From Lama glama (taxonomy: Eukaryota): a stretch of 64,000 nucleotides of DNA. The position numbers and the translations under genes are program-made. The notes beneath the pieces were generated by a model that had not been told where the DNA came from, searched no databases, and saw only the letters and a program-made list of their open reading frames with translations. Below, piece after piece: positions 63,540 through 64,000 of this stretch. Within the stretch, counting starts at the first letter, position 1. The number at the start of each line of letters is the position of its first letter. The stretch covers positions 79,362,001-79,426,000 of the forward strand of contig CM052816.1 of NCBI GenBank assembly GCA_028534125.1, in the 5' to 3' direction.

Positions 63540-64000
63540 CTAAATGAAGAAAGCATTTCAAAAAGATTCCATTATTAGAGAATTAAAAGGATATTGTCGT
63601 TATAAGCATATATAAAATTTGTCTCAAAATAAAATTTCTATGAATTACTATTGTTGAAATAAATTCAAGCCCCATACCAGTTGCTCTTATCCCTAATTGA
63701 TGTAAGGACAATAAAAATGCATGATTGAAATTCCTTCTTACAAAATAGTCTCCTATATACTTTTATAATTAAACTTTTTGTCCTGAGTTTCATTTTCAGT
63801 GAATGCTACTTAAATTCTTAGAAATACATTTTCATAAAAATAATTTATAAAGCCAATTTCAACACACAAGAGTTAATATAAGAAGCTGGATTCTTCCTAT
63901 TACTTAAGCCACTTCCTAGTAATAAATGAAGAAACAATGAGCCACTGGAAATAAGGGTGCAGCAGTCCAAGAAAATGAACTCTCAGTGATGACTATAAAA

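Noticed and set aside
1..64000. Prokaryotic features (CRISPR arrays, operons, tRNA/rRNA genes)
   Set aside because: The sequence is mammalian intron/exon DNA; no regular repeat-spacer array or structural RNA gene was recognised

Overview
Mammalian genomic DNA, probably camelid (based on the L1 3'-end sequence at 43385-43563 and no recognisable primate, ruminant, pig or horse SINEs). The window lies entirely inside SPEF2 (KPL2, sperm flagellar protein 2) on the minus strand. I traced 17 consecutive coding exons (equivalent to human exons 4-20 as I recall them; 2479 nt, about 826 codons), with consistent splice phases and no stops. One intron has a non-canonical GC donor, and two donors read through into short in-frame stops that could give truncated isoforms. 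The introns contain L1, L2, MIR, MaLR/ERV LTRs, hAT fragments, microsatellites and a 500-N gap. The main unexpected feature is in the 16-kb intron 10, on the + strand (antisense to SPEF2): a heavily decayed, nearly complete Ty3/Gypsy sushi/chromovirus-type gag-pol (about 29343-35665) with the domain order capsid, Zn-knuckle remnant, protease, RT, RNase H, integrase, GPF motif, chromodomain. I see no LTR pair. It is preceded by a 3' splice site and a strong-Kozak ATG and followed by AATAAA, resembling the architecture of domesticated RTL/SIRH (PEG10/RTL1-type) genes. All homology calls are by-eye motif recognition, not database searches.
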